From positions 1 to 25,275 of IMG/VR virus record IMGVR_UViG_3300020043_003632: 25,275 nt of DNA; one strand, written 5' to 3'. A program made the position numbers and the translations under genes. The notes under the pieces were generated by a model. The model was given only the letters and a program-made list of their open reading frames with translations, was not told the DNA's origin and searched no databases. Source of the stretch: a virus (Duplodnaviria; Caudoviricetes). Shown in pieces: positions 24,547 through 25,275 of the stretch. Each line of letters starts with the position of its first letter. Position 1 is the first letter of the stretch.

Positions 24547-25275
24547 GATTTTCACTTGTTATTGATGGCAAGGTTGTGGATTTGTTCAGCGATGAAACGA
24601 TACAACTTACAAGGGCTATAAAAGATTTTTTAACGACCCAAGCCCGTACCGATTTTACCCAACAATTCAACATCCCATCTACATCGGTAAACGACCCAAT
24701 CTTTGACAATTACTTTGATGAAAATTCGGTTCTTAGCGGTTGGAATGCTTATGTTAAATTAGATGCAATAATCTACATTCATTCAATTCCCATTTTTAGC
24801 GGGTGTGTTGAACTTACGGGGGTTGAGTACAAAAACGGATTACCACGTCAATACAATTTGATTTTTTACGGACAAGGCAAAACGGCGATAGCGGATTTTG
24901 GTGAGAAGACTTTACCAATGGTCGACTGGACCGCCTACAATCACACGGTTAATTATTCAAATGTCATCGATTCGTGGTTCGGAACTTTACTAAGTGGTAA
25001 AGTGCTTTACCCCGTTGCCGATTGGCATATCGGTTTGAGTTATTGTAAGGTACCCGTAATCGACAATAATTTGTATCAAGGTGGCTTGGCAATAAACGAC
25101 CTTAGACCCGCTTTACTTTTAACCGAAATGGTAAAGGCTTGTTTTTTGGATATTGGCTATACCCTGAGCGGTTCACTTTTTGACCGAGATAATCTCACCG
25201 ACCTTTTTGTCATCCCGATGAACGGGGCGGGGCCAGTACAAAATTCTAATAACGTAGATTCGAAAATAAACGAAA
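24543..25275 (+). CDS. Tail/baseplate hub-like protein, 3'-truncated (not in the supplied ORF track)
   Basis: Hand translation: MRFSLVIDGKVVDLFSDETIQLTRAIKDF...DFTQQFNIPSTSVNDPIF. Appears to run off the window end. Confidence 0.65.
   Translation, partial: MRFSLVIDGKVVDLFSDETIQLTRAIKDFLTTQARTDFTQQFNIPSTSVNDPIFDNYFDENSVLSGWNAYVKLDAIIYIHSIPIFSGCVELTGVEYKNGLPRQYNLIFYGQGKTAIADFGEKTLPMVDWTAYNHTVNYSNVIDSWFGTLLSGKVLYPVADWHIGLSYCKVPVIDNNLYQGGLAINDLRPALLLTEMVKACFLDIGYTLSGSLFDRDNLTDLFVIPMNGAGPVQNSNNVDSKINE

Noticed and set aside
1-25275. CRISPR array, tRNA genes, integrase or stop-codon reassignment
   Set aside because: No regularly spaced repeats, cloverleaf or recombinase motifs were seen by eye, and genes are intact under the standard bacterial code. 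Lifestyle cannot be determined from this window.

Overview
A 25.3 kb segment of a tailed dsDNA bacteriophage genome, most likely a siphovirus-type phage of Bacteroidota. The host inference rests on TAnnTTTG promoter boxes, the absence of Shine-Dalgarno motifs and AT-rich translation starts. All credible genes are on the + strand. Order: scaffold C-terminus, major capsid, probable tail tube, extended portal, head-tail adaptor, probable u-spanin, tail fibre/receptor-binding genes, holins and amidase endolysin (1-9947); early/replication genes including SSB-like, HTH, HNH, replication initiator, C5 methyltransferase, DnaA-C-like, VRR-NUC, ECF-like sigma factor, ParB-like and glycosyltransferase (10054-19468); terminase small subunit, NUMOD4-HNH and terminase large subunit; then a tail chaperone with a -1 slippery site and tail genes (21681-end). 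The most interesting signals are non-coding. (1) The leader of the replication initiator has two hairpins whose 7-nt loops are exactly complementary, and the second hairpin is a terminator abutting the ATG. (2) Directly upstream is a candidate ~60-nt sRNA unit complementary to an early gene start. (3) Three copies of an AAAC-N15-CGTTATTTA motif, probably a late promoter for the phage sigma factor, sit 3-4 nt before structural gene start codons. All protein calls come from motif recognition by eye; no searches were run.
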